Shown in pieces: positions 28,108 through 36,747 of a DNA stretch of 64,000 bases. Origin of the DNA: an uncultured Clostridia bacterium (GTDB lineage Bacteria > Bacillota > Clostridia > Christensenellales > UBA1242); the NCBI GenBank assembly GCA_944383295.1, contig CALWOW010000008.1, forward strand, positions 9,570 through 73,569. The letters are read 5' to 3'. The notes under the pieces were generated by a model. It did no database searches, was not told the origin of the DNA, and was given only the letters and a program-made list of their open reading frames with translations. Position 1 is the stretch's first letter, and every line of letters starts with the position of its first letter. Both the position numbers and the translations under genes were made by a program.

Positions 28108-29166
28108 ATGAGTTTCAAAAGTTGGTTGAGAAATATTTTTAAAAGACCCGTTACTAGAAAGATTGAGCGACAAGAAAATCAAGTGTTTCATCCACTAAAA
28201 CTCGGGCTTGCGCTTAGTGGTGGAGGCACTAGGGGAGTAGCTTATATCGGTGTTTTTAGGGCTTTTAGAGAAATGGGTGTTAAATTTGATTATGTAGCTG
28301 GTACTTCTGTCGGTTCACTAATGGGCGCTGCATATTGCGCAAAGATTCCTATAGAAGAAATGGAAAACAAGGCAAGGTCACTACGAGCGAAGGATATTTT
28401 GACCAGTAAGATTTCTTTTGTACCTAACAAAACAGAAAAATTAGAAAGCGTCGTTAGGCAAGTGTTGGGCGGTAAAAATTTTGCTGATTTGGAAATACCA
28501 TTTACAGCAGTCGCAGTTGATATTATTACGGGTAATGAAGTAGATATTAGTGATGGCGATTTAGCAAAAGCAATTTCTGGTTCTTGCGCTGTCCCTGGTA
28601 TTTTCAATCCAGTTGAATTTGAAAAATATAATCTTTACGACGGTGGCTTACGGAATAATATTCCTGCCGATGTTGTTCGTGATATGGGGGCGGATATAGT
28701 GCTTGCTATAGATATAAACCCAACTCGTGGTTATGGAACAACTAGCACAAAATATATGGAATTAATGAAGGCAGCATTGCGTATCTTGATGAAATCAAAT
28801 TCTGTAAATGGTTATGTATATTCCGATTATGTATTAAAGGTTAATTTGTCTCAATATGACCAACGTAAGCTTGAAGATGTAGATGAGATGATTAAGCAGG
28901 GGTACGAGGCAACAATGGCAGAAATGCCAAATATTTTAAAAGTATTGGGTATGCGTGTGCCAGATGAAAACATAAAAGAAACAATTCGTCGTTTAAAAAC
29001 TATGCAAAAACGGGCTAAACAAATTGCAAAAGAAAAACATATAAAAATGAAGGAGGATAAAGATGTCTTGGGACAAGTACAACGAAGCGAGAAGAAAGGC
29101 GAAGCAGATGCAACAAGCATTGGACAATGCGAGCAAAACTGCACAGAAGGTGACGAAACAGTCTAG
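28108..29166 (+). CDS. Patatin-like phospholipase
   Basis: Oxyanion GGGTRG, nucleophile elbow GTSVGS and catalytic Asp YDGGLRNN. Confidence 0.8.
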   Translation: MSFKSWLRNIFKRPVTRKIERQENQVFHPLKLGLALSGGGTRGVAYIGVFRAFREMGVKFDYVAGTSVGSLMGAAYCAKIPIEEMENKARSLRAKDILTSKISFVPNKTEKLESVVRQVLGGKNFADLEIPFTAVAVDIITGNEVDISDGDLAKAISGSCAVPGIFNPVEFEKYNLYDGGLRNNIPADVVRDMGADIVLAIDINPTRGYGTTSTKYMELMKAALRILMKSNSVNGYVYSDYVLKVNLSQYDQRKLEDVDEMIKQGYEATMAEMPNILKVLGMRVPDENIKETIRRLKTMQKRAKQIAKEKHIKMKEDKDVLGQVQRSEKKGEADATSIGQCEQNCTEGDETV

Positions 29167-30601
29167 TAGCAAAAAATCAAGTGATAGTGGATTGAGTTCT
29201 ACTGACAAAAAAAATATTAAAACAGCATATAAAAATGCAAAACAATATAAAGTTCTGTTTGCAATATTTGCGATAATTACGGTTGTAGCACTTTGCACTT
29301 TACCTTTTGCTAACAAATTAGAACCTATTGTCAATAGTTGGTTGGAAACTCGTCACAATATGACCGCAGGAGATGTAAACAATGGGCTTGTTACAACTAT
29401 TGCAGATGTAAATACTAACAGCAAACTAAAAGTTCATTATGTGTTTGTTGGACAAGGCGATTGTATTTTAATTGATTTACCAGATGGCAAAAATATGATA
29501 ATCGATAGTGGTAGCGAAACTTATGATAGTGAAACAAGCGAAAAGGTGATTAATTATATTGACACAATTTTGCTTGATGAGGGCGAAATTATAGATTATA
29601 TGATATTAACTCACCCAGATGCTGACCATTTATATTATTTACCTGATATTCTTGATGCTTTTGAAGTAGCGACTATTTATCGACCATATACTTTTTATGT
29701 TTCAAATGATAAGGATAGTTCGCAAATATTAGACCCAGATGGAACTATTGCAACAGTAAAAGAAAAAGATGCTATTGAACAAAAAGAGCGTGACGCGGTA
29801 TCTTATCTAAATAGTACATATAATTATGGGATAACAATAGGAGACCCTTCGAAAAACACAACTAATGCAAAAGATACTAATACACTATACAAATTTATCA
29901 GCAGAATATATGTTGAAACATACGGCGCAAATGATACTCCAGCGACGATAAAATATTCTATCGCTGGTGAAAAAATCTCAGGTGAGGGATATTCTTTAAC
30001 TTTTTATGCACCTGTTACTCCTTCAAATATGTACAACAGTTGGAATGATTATTCTAGTGTAATGGTACTAGAATATAATGGAACTAAAATTGCCTTTACT
30101 GGTGATGCTGAAACAAAAGAAGAAGATGAAATTTTAGACAATGAAACAAATTTACCTTTGCCAGATGTTGATATAATGGATATGGGACATCACGGTAGCA
30201 GAACAAGTTCTCAAGATGCGTTTGTAAAAGCATTAAATCCGGAATATGCTATAATTTCTTGTGGAATAGGCAACAAGTACGGACACCCTAATCAAGAAAC
30301 TTTGGATACACTTAAAAACAATGGTGTAGATGAAAATCATATTTTTATTACAGCTCAAAGTGGAGATATAGTTATAGGTTTTGATTATACTCCATCGACA
30401 CCGCAAGAAGAGGCGAGTGCGGAAACAACAAGCCAAAAATATGTAATAGCATACAGTGGAGACAAAAGTTTTGTAGAAATTGCCCCTATTCATATTGAAT
30501 GGTGGTATGTGGTCGTATGCATTATCGTTTTATCAGGTCTAATTTTGTTGGTAATTGTCCCTAGTATAATAAAAGCATTTAAGAAAACCTCGAAAAAGTA
30601 A
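29063..30601 (+). CDS. ComEC/Rec2-related MBL-fold hydrolase, anchored by N- and C-terminal TM helices
   Basis: VFVGQGDCILIDLPDGKNMIIDSG and LTHPDADH metallo-beta-lactamase motifs. ATG 6 nt after AAGGAGG. Overlaps the patatin ORF by 104 nt. Confidence 0.7.
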   Translation: MSWDKYNEARRKAKQMQQALDNASKTAQKVTKQSSSKKSSDSGLSSTDKKNIKTAYKNAKQYKVLFAIFAIITVVALCTLPFANKLEPIVNSWLETRHNMTAGDVNNGLVTTIADVNTNSKLKVHYVFVGQGDCILIDLPDGKNMIIDSGSETYDSETSEKVINYIDTILLDEGEIIDYMILTHPDADHLYYLPDILDAFEVATIYRPYTFYVSNDKDSSQILDPDGTIATVKEKDAIEQKERDAVSYLNSTYNYGITIGDPSKNTTNAKDTNTLYKFISRIYVETYGANDTPATIKYSIAGEKISGEGYSLTFYAPVTPSNMYNSWNDYSSVMVLEYNGTKIAFTGDAETKEEDEILDNETNLPLPDVDIMDMGHHGSRTSSQDAFVKALNPEYAIISCGIGNKYGHPNQETLDTLKNNGVDENHIFITAQSGDIVIGFDYTPSTPQEEASAETTSQKYVIAYSGDKSFVEIAPIHIEWWYVVVCIIVLSGLILLVIVPSIIKAFKKTSKK

Positions 30602-30612
30602 AAAAAAGTGTA

Positions 30613-30646
30613 AAAACTACAAGTAACAATCGCTTGTAGTTTTTTG
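30613..30646 (+). terminator. Intrinsic terminator after the MBL gene
   Basis: AAAACTACAAG ... CTTGTAGTTTT followed by a T-run. Confidence 0.75.
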
Positions 30647-30775
30647 TTATATTTATTAATTTATACTCATAGCTTTTTAGGAAAAACTGTTCGTAAAATA
30701 ACGTATTTTATAAATAATTTTGTATTTTTATAAAATTTGCGAAAATTGTCGTTTTGTGCAAAAGGTACAAACTTA

Positions 30776-30791
30776 ACACAATATATAGTAT
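30776..30791. promoter_or_regulatory. NrdR box 1
   Basis: ACACAATATATAGTAT, close to the 16-bp NrdR palindrome consensus acaCwAtATaTwGtgt. Confidence 0.65.
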
Positions 30792-30805
30792 TTTATTAAA
30801 TATGT

Positions 30806-30834
30806 TTGACACTATATATTGTGATTTATATAAT
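30806..30834 (+). promoter_or_regulatory. nrdDG promoter (TTGACA-17-TATAAT)
   Basis: TTGACA at 30806-30811 and TATAAT at 30829-30834. Confidence 0.7.
30809..30824. promoter_or_regulatory. NrdR box 2 (overlaps -35 and spacer of the nrdD promoter)
   Basis: ACACTATATATTGTGA. Starts 33 bp after box 1, about three helical turns. Confidence 0.7.
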
Positions 30835-30870
30835 TATTATGTACAAAAACGAAAAAGGAGAATGCTAAAA

Positions 30871-33024
30871 ATGAGTGGGCAAGTATTAAAAAGAGATGGA
30901 ACTTATCAAGACTTTGATTTGCGTAAAATTGCAGATGCAATATACAAAGCGGCAGTTGCTTGTAACGGTAGTGATTATGAAACTGCTACGGAACTTGCAA
31001 AAAAAGTTGAGAAGTTAATTGAGAAGAGAGTTGGTGACCGTGTGCCAACGGTGGAGCAAATTCAAGACGCTGTTGAATACGTGTTAATAGACAACCGCCA
31101 TTCTCAAACTGCTAAAGCATACATATTATATAGAGAAAAGCGCAAAACAGCACGTGAAAAGAATGCTTTAATTGGCGCAACCATAGACTTATTTGATAAG
31201 TATATAGACGAAGCAGATTGGTCCACAAAGGAAAATGCTAATATGCAACGTTCAGTTGCTGGATTGAATAACTTTGTTCGTGAAGAGTTTACAAAAAACT
31301 ATTGGTTAAACGAAGTTTATCCTGTTGATGTAAGAGAAGCGCATTTAAGCGGAGATATACATATTCACGATTTGGGATTCTTTGGTAGTTATTGTGTGGG
31401 TTGGGATTTAGCTCAAATACTCACATTGGGCTTTACAGGTGTTCCTGGTAAAATTTCCTCAAGTCCTCCAAAGCACTTACGCAGTTTTCTAGGACAAGTT
31501 ACAAATGCGACATTTACTTTGCAAGGGGAAAGTGCAGGTGCGCAAGCGTGGAGTAGTTTTGATACTTATTGTGCGCCATTTATTGCTTATGACAATTTAA
31601 GTTATGATGAAGTTAAGCAAATACTTCAAGGTTGGGTATTTAATATGAATGTAGCAACTCGTGTAGGTTTTCAATGCCCATTTAGTAATATTACTTTAGA
31701 CATAAAAGTTCATCCTTTGTTAAAAGATAGACCAGTTATAATAGGTGGTGTTCCTCAAGACCATACTTACGGTGAATATCAAAAAGAAATGGATATGTTC
31801 AATCTCGCATTGTGCGAAGTTATGATGCAGGGTGACGCAAATGGAAGAATTTTTACGTTCCCAATTCCTACAATTAATGTTACAAAAGATTTCGATTGGG
31901 ACAGTCCTGTAGTAAACGCAATTATGGATATGACTTGCAAATATGGTATTCCTTATTTTGCTAACTACATAAACTCAACATTAAGTCCTGAAGATGCTTT
32001 GTCTATGTGTTGTCGTTTGCGACTTGATTTGAGTGAGTTGCGTAAGCGTGGCGGTGGTTTGTTTGGTTCAAACCCTCTCACAGGTTCAATCGGTGTTGTA
32101 ACTATCAATTTACCTCGTGTTGGTTACTTGTCAAAATCTAAAGAAGAATTTTTAGAGCGTGTAGAAAAATTGGCTACTCTAGCAAAATCAAGTCTAGAAA
32201 TAAAGAGAAAAATGATTGAAAAGCAAACTGATAACGGTTTGTATCCTTATTCGGCATTTTATCTCCGTCCTGTTAAGGAAAGAAGTGGACAATATTGGGC
32301 TAACCATTTCGCTACAATCGGTGTAAATGGTATGAATGAAGCGCTAATAAATCTTTTAGGCAAAGATATCACAACAGAAGAAGGACAAGAATTTGCAAAA
32401 AAGGTTATGTCTGTTTTGCGTGATAAGATGGTAGAGTTCCAAGAAGAAACAGGAAATCAATACAACCTAGAAGCAACCCCAGCAGAAGGAGTTTCAGCAA
32501 GATTTGCTCGTTTAGACAAAGCTCGTTTCCCTGATATTATTACATCGGGTAATGAAGAACCTTATTACACAAATTCAACTCAAATACCTGTTGGATATAC
32601 TGACGATATTTTTGAAGTAGTGCGTTTGCAAGATGATTTACAATCAATGTACACCGGTGGTACTGTATTGCATTTGTATTTGGGGGAACGAATTACAGAT
32701 AGAGAAACATGTAAAGCGTTGATACGCAAAATTTTCCAAAACAATCAAATGCCATATATTAGCATTACACCTACATTTAGTGTATGTCCAGAGCATGGCT
32801 ATATAGCAGGGGAACACTTTACTTGCCCTCACTGTGGTAAGGAAGCAGAAGTTTGGTCGCGTGTTGTTGGATATTTCCGTTGCGTAAAAGACTTTAATAA
32901 GTCAAAGCAAGCAGAATATTTTGACCGTACTAAATTTAAAATCAAACCTGAGCAATTACTTTGCGAAGATGAAATTGAACAACTTCATCGTGAACGAAAT
33001 GGTTTAAGTACTGCATCTATGTGA
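30871..33024 (+). CDS. nrdD: Anaerobic ribonucleoside-triphosphate reductase (class III)
   Basis: N-terminal ATP-cone (VLKRDGTYQDFD). C-terminal Zn-ribbon CPEHG...CPHCG and glycyl-radical region RVVGYF. The track ORF's N-extension covers the promoter. Confidence 0.9.
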   Translation: MSGQVLKRDGTYQDFDLRKIADAIYKAAVACNGSDYETATELAKKVEKLIEKRVGDRVPTVEQIQDAVEYVLIDNRHSQTAKAYILYREKRKTAREKNALIGATIDLFDKYIDEADWSTKENANMQRSVAGLNNFVREEFTKNYWLNEVYPVDVREAHLSGDIHIHDLGFFGSYCVGWDLAQILTLGFTGVPGKISSSPPKHLRSFLGQVTNATFTLQGESAGAQAWSSFDTYCAPFIAYDNLSYDEVKQILQGWVFNMNVATRVGFQCPFSNITLDIKVHPLLKDRPVIIGGVPQDHTYGEYQKEMDMFNLALCEVMMQGDANGRIFTFPIPTINVTKDFDWDSPVVNAIMDMTCKYGIPYFANYINSTLSPEDALSMCCRLRLDLSELRKRGGGLFGSNPLTGSIGVVTINLPRVGYLSKSKEEFLERVEKLATLAKSSLEIKRKMIEKQTDNGLYPYSAFYLRPVKERSGQYWANHFATIGVNGMNEALINLLGKDITTEEGQEFAKKVMSVLRDKMVEFQEETGNQYNLEATPAEGVSARFARLDKARFPDIITSGNEEPYYTNSTQIPVGYTDDIFEVVRLQDDLQSMYTGGTVLHLYLGERITDRETCKALIRKIFQNNQMPYISITPTFSVCPEHGYIAGEHFTCPHCGKEAEVWSRVVGYFRCVKDFNKSKQAEYFDRTKFKIKPEQLLCEDEIEQLHRERNGLSTASM

Positions 33025-33041
33025 TTAAAGGTAAAAGTATT

Positions 33042-33704
33042 ATGAAAATCAGTAAATTTATAAAAAATTCAATGATTGATTTTCCACGCAGGATTGCCTG
33101 CGTGGCTTTTACTAATGGCTGTAATTGGAAATGTTGGTATTGTCAAAATTCTCAACTGTTACAAGAAACAGAAGATAAAACGGACGAACTTTTTGAGTTT
33201 TTATCGCAAAGAAAAGGTTGGATAGATGGTGTTGTAATCTGTGGTGGTGAGCCTACAATTCATAATGATTTACCGCAAATTATTCGCAAAATAAAAGAAA
33301 TGGGCTTTGATGTAAAACTTGATACTAATGGTACAAACAGTACAATGTTAAAAGAGTTGGTTGAACAAAAATTAATTGACTATGTGGCAATGGATATAAA
33401 AGCTTCCTTTTCAAAATTGAGTGAAATAACTCTCAATAATACAAAGTTTGATGAGGTGGAAAAAAGTATAAACTTTTTGTTAGAAAATAAAGTCGAGTAT
33501 GAATTTCGCACAACAGTTACTCCAGATTTAACCGAACAAGATATTTTGCAAATAGCAAAAAAAATAAAGGGTGCAAAGACTTATATATTACAACCCTATA
33601 GACAACCAGATTTTTTAAAAAATGCTCCAAAACCATTAAAAATTGAAACAATTAAGCATTATGTAGATGTAGCAAATGAAATTGTACCTACATATCTAAG
33701 ATAA
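33042..33704 (+). CDS. nrdG: Class III RNR activating protein (radical SAM)
   Basis: CNWKCWYCQN radical-SAM cluster motif and GGEPT. Start is ATG 33042 or GTG 33021, which overlaps the nrdD stop. Confidence 0.85.
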   Translation: MKISKFIKNSMIDFPRRIACVAFTNGCNWKCWYCQNSQLLQETEDKTDELFEFLSQRKGWIDGVVICGGEPTIHNDLPQIIRKIKEMGFDVKLDTNGTNSTMLKELVEQKLIDYVAMDIKASFSKLSEITLNNTKFDEVEKSINFLLENKVEYEFRTTVTPDLTEQDILQIAKKIKGAKTYILQPYRQPDFLKNAPKPLKIETIKHYVDVANEIVPTYLR

Positions 33705-33786
33705 ATTAATAAATTATATGTAATTTAATTGCTAAATTTAAAAAAATTCTGTATAATTAATTTACCTTTAAATGTGGAGTGTGCAG

Positions 33787-34326
33787 ATGAAGACAAACAT
33801 TGCTCTTATATGTTTACTAGATAATTATTCGAAAAACGTTTCTAAACTTTTGAGTGAACGGTTGGAAATGTTTTATGTTGATGTAGAAGAAATGGTACAT
33901 TTCGAATTGGGTGATGAACAGCATATTCTTGAAACTCTTGGACAACAAGAAGGCAAAAAATACATTGATGACTGTGAAGCCCGTGTTGTTAAAAATGTAA
34001 CAAGTTTTGAGAATACTATAATTTGTATCAATCCTACTACTATGTTTTCAAATGAAAACTTTAAAGAAATAATTAAGACAAGCTATGTTGTTTATTTGCA
34101 AATTTCTCCAAAGTATTTTGAACATCGTTGTAAATATTCAGGTGATTACATTGATGAAGAATTAAGCAATATTGCTTTTTCAGACCGTGATAAAAGTTAT
34201 GTGGAAAAAAGCGATATCGTTCTTAATTGCAGTACCTTTAAAGAGCAAAAAGCGGTAAAAAAATTATTAAAAAGCATAAATAAGTTTTTCAAGAAATTGG
34301 CACGAGAGAAAAAACACGCAAATTAG
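33787..34326 (+). CDS. Shikimate-kinase-like protein lacking the P-loop (putative pseudo-kinase)
   Basis: Collinear with AroK-type kinases (NIALI...VDVEEMV...ICINPTT...VVYLQISP). Walker A GxxGxGKS/T is LLDNYSKN and the GGG lid is absent. Confidence 0.5.
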   Translation: MKTNIALICLLDNYSKNVSKLLSERLEMFYVDVEEMVHFELGDEQHILETLGQQEGKKYIDDCEARVVKNVTSFENTIICINPTTMFSNENFKEIIKTSYVVYLQISPKYFEHRCKYSGDYIDEELSNIAFSDRDKSYVEKSDIVLNCSTFKEQKAVKKLLKSINKFFKKLAREKKHAN

Positions 34327-34346
34327 GTGTTTATCGTGCCTTTTTT
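34299..34346 (+). terminator. Two-tier hairpin terminator overlapping the 3' end of the SK-like gene
   Basis: GGCACGA...AAACAC-gcaaattag-GTGTTT...TCGTGCC followed by TTTTTT. Confidence 0.6.
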
Positions 34347-34370
34347 GTAAATAATGAATGGGGAGCGATT

Positions 34371-36350
34371 ATGGAAATAGAACAAAAGACTATTAATACA
34401 ATGCGTAAGTTAGGTTTAAATCAAGTAATACAAGCAAAATCGGGGCATACAGGTATTATTTTAGGTTGTGCACCTATCATGTATGCGGTTTACGCAATGG
34501 CGAACTTCACCCCCTTGGATCCATCATGGATAAATCGTGACCGCATAATCTTAAGCGCAGGGCATGGAAGCGCTTTATTATATAGCACAATGCATTTGTT
34601 CGGCTTTTTAGAAATTGATGATTTGCGTGAATTTCGTCAACTCGGTAGCAAGACCCCGGGACACCCCGAAATAACTACTGCTGGTGTTGATGCATCTACG
34701 GGAGCATTAGGACAAGGATTTAGTAATGGGGTAGGCTTGGCTTTAGCAGAAAGTATTTTACAAAAACATAACAAATCAAAACTTAAAATAATTGACCATT
34801 ATACCTATATTATAGTAGGTGATGGCGATTTAATGGAAGGAATTTCGTACGAAAGTGCAAGTTTTGCCGGTAGAAACAAATTAAATAAATTAATTGTGCT
34901 TTATGACAGTAATTCAATTTCGTTAGATGGGAAAACTTCTAATGCAACGATTGAAGATATTGATATGCGTTTTCAGGCGTGTGGTTGGAATGTTTTAAAT
35001 GTTAAAGATGGGAATGATTATAAAAGCATTATGCAAGCTATAAACTCTGCGCAAAGTAGCGATAAACCTAATTTAATTATTTGCAATACAGTTATAGGTT
35101 ACGGAAGCCCTTTTGCTAATAGTGAGAAATGCCATGCAAATCCTTTTAATGAAGTGTCAGCTAACAAGGTGATACAAGATTTCGGATTAGATACAACTGC
35201 TTTTACTGTTGATAATGATGTATATAGGCATTGTCAATCTTTACTCCTTGAAAAAGCGAAAATATATAATCAATGGCAAAAAACTTTAACAAAATATAGG
35301 TTGCGTTATGCTAGCGAATGGAAAGAATTTAGCGTGGATACTAAAAAAGCAGTATCCAAATTAGGAAAAAATGAATTTAAGGGTGAACTTTCTACTCGTG
35401 AAATAGGGCATAAACTATTAAATAGTATTTCAGCATATCTTCCAGCATTGGTTGGGGGAAGTGCAGATTTATCTAAAAGCACTTTGGCATATATTGAAGA
35501 TAGCGATTATTTTGACGCAAACAACAACGAAGGCAGAAATATAGCATTTGGAGTTCGAGAACATTCAATGGCTGGTATTTCAAATGGTCTTGCTTTGCAC
35601 GGTGGATTGTTGCCATTTTGCTCAACTTTTACTGTATTTTCAGATTATATGAGATATAGTATTCGTATGAGTGCAATAATGAAATTGAAAATGCTATATA
35701 TCTTTACACACGATAGTATAGCGGTAGGTGAAGATGGCACTACGCACCAACCCGTTGAACAAATAGAAAGTTTGCGATTAATTCCAAATCTGCAAGTTTT
35801 TCGCCCTGCTGATGCTAATGAGGCAATAGGCGCATTTCAATCGGCACTTTGCTATGAAGGACCAACTGCTATTATACTTTCAAGGCAAAAGTTACCTCAA
35901 TTAGAAAAGAGCAATGCTAATGCTACATTGCTTGGCGGATATATTATTAGTGCCGAAAAAGATAAAAAAGAATTGAATGGAATAATTATTGCAACAGGAA
36001 GTGAGGTTGAATTAGCAATTCAAGCGCAACAAATAATGCAAAAAGATGATTTGTCTATTCGTGTTGTTAGTATGCCAGAGCGTGAATTGTTTTTTAGACA
36101 AGATAAAAAATATCAAGAAAAAGTATTACCGCACAAAATGACTTGCCGATTTGTAATAGAAGCAGGCGTAAGCAATGGTTGGTATAAAATTGCAGGGTTA
36201 GATGGTACTATCTTAGGTATGGATTGCTTTGGGGAAAGTGGAAAACCTATAGATTTATATAAAAAGTATGGCTTTACTTTACCAAATATAATAAAATTAA
36301 TGGACAAAACTATAGATAAAAATAAAACAAAAATTGATTCAATTATTTAA
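34371..36350 (+). CDS. tkt: Transketolase
   Basis: GHTG, GDGDLMEG (ThDP motif) and HDSIAVGEDGTTHQPVEQ motifs. Confidence 0.9.
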   Translation: MEIEQKTINTMRKLGLNQVIQAKSGHTGIILGCAPIMYAVYAMANFTPLDPSWINRDRIILSAGHGSALLYSTMHLFGFLEIDDLREFRQLGSKTPGHPEITTAGVDASTGALGQGFSNGVGLALAESILQKHNKSKLKIIDHYTYIIVGDGDLMEGISYESASFAGRNKLNKLIVLYDSNSISLDGKTSNATIEDIDMRFQACGWNVLNVKDGNDYKSIMQAINSAQSSDKPNLIICNTVIGYGSPFANSEKCHANPFNEVSANKVIQDFGLDTTAFTVDNDVYRHCQSLLLEKAKIYNQWQKTLTKYRLRYASEWKEFSVDTKKAVSKLGKNEFKGELSTREIGHKLLNSISAYLPALVGGSADLSKSTLAYIEDSDYFDANNNEGRNIAFGVREHSMAGISNGLALHGGLLPFCSTFTVFSDYMRYSIRMSAIMKLKMLYIFTHDSIAVGEDGTTHQPVEQIESLRLIPNLQVFRPADANEAIGAFQSALCYEGPTAIILSRQKLPQLEKSNANATLLGGYIISAEKDKKELNGIIIATGSEVELAIQAQQIMQKDDLSIRVVSMPERELFFRQDKKYQEKVLPHKMTCRFVIEAGVSNGWYKIAGLDGTILGMDCFGESGKPIDLYKKYGFTLPNIIKLMDKTIDKNKTKIDSII

Positions 36351-36443
36351 TTAAATCTTTTTCTTTTTTCGTCTAAAATAAAAATTTGTCTTTTATGTTT
36401 AAAATTTGTTGATTATGTATAGCATTAGTTAGAGAGGTAGTTT

Positions 36444-36686
36444 ATGCGTAAACCGACAATGGATTTAAGTCAAGTAAAAATGGAAATATTAAAGCTTAAA
36501 GGCAAATATGTAGAAATGGAAGTAAATAAAGGACGTAAAAAGATTACACATTATGAAGGAGTATTAGAAGATATTTATCATAGTGTTTTTGTTGTTAGAC
36601 TTGCAAATGCAACAACCGTAGAAAAAATGAGTTATAGTTATAGCGACGTTTTGTGTGGAGATGTAAAAATTGAATTAAAAGAATAA
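36444..36686 (+). CDS. veg: Veg (biofilm/sporulation-associated small protein)
   Basis: 80 aa. GRKKITHYEGVLEDIYHSVFVV...MSYSYSDVL matches the Veg signature (RxGxLxxxYPSVFVI...VSYSYADIL). Confidence 0.8.
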   Translation: MRKPTMDLSQVKMEILKLKGKYVEMEVNKGRKKITHYEGVLEDIYHSVFVVRLANATTVEKMSYSYSDVLCGDVKIELKE

Positions 36687-36747
36687 AGTTTGCATATTTC
36701 TTGCTTTTCTAAAATAGATTAATACTAATAAATTTTAGGAGGGCGAA

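Noticed and set aside
28108-29166. Patatin-like phospholipase as a CBASS-type defence effector
   Set aside because: No CD-NTase or cyclase, no ubiquitin-like accessory genes and no other defence-type neighbours. The flanking genes are a polyacidic membrane protein and an MBL hydrolase.
26629-30601. Genomic island integrated at the tmRNA gene
   Set aside because: There is no integrase, excisionase or transposase gene. I could not find a downstream direct repeat of the ssrA 3' end (…GGTTCAACTCCCATCGCTTCCACCA). The genes look accessory, but mobility cannot be supported.
30754-30870. N-terminal extensions of track ORFs (nrdD here; also rplU 15493, rpmA 16215, smpB 25737, trxB 1841, prp 15929, spoIIR 38403, rplA 51045, ABC 58266, GNAT 14433, spoIIAA 61424, sigF 62199)
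   Set aside because: The extensions contain the promoter, operator or SD sequences of the same gene, or begin at weak TTG/GTG codons. The conserved protein N-termini begin at internal ATGs with properly spaced SDs, so the coordinates were trimmed.
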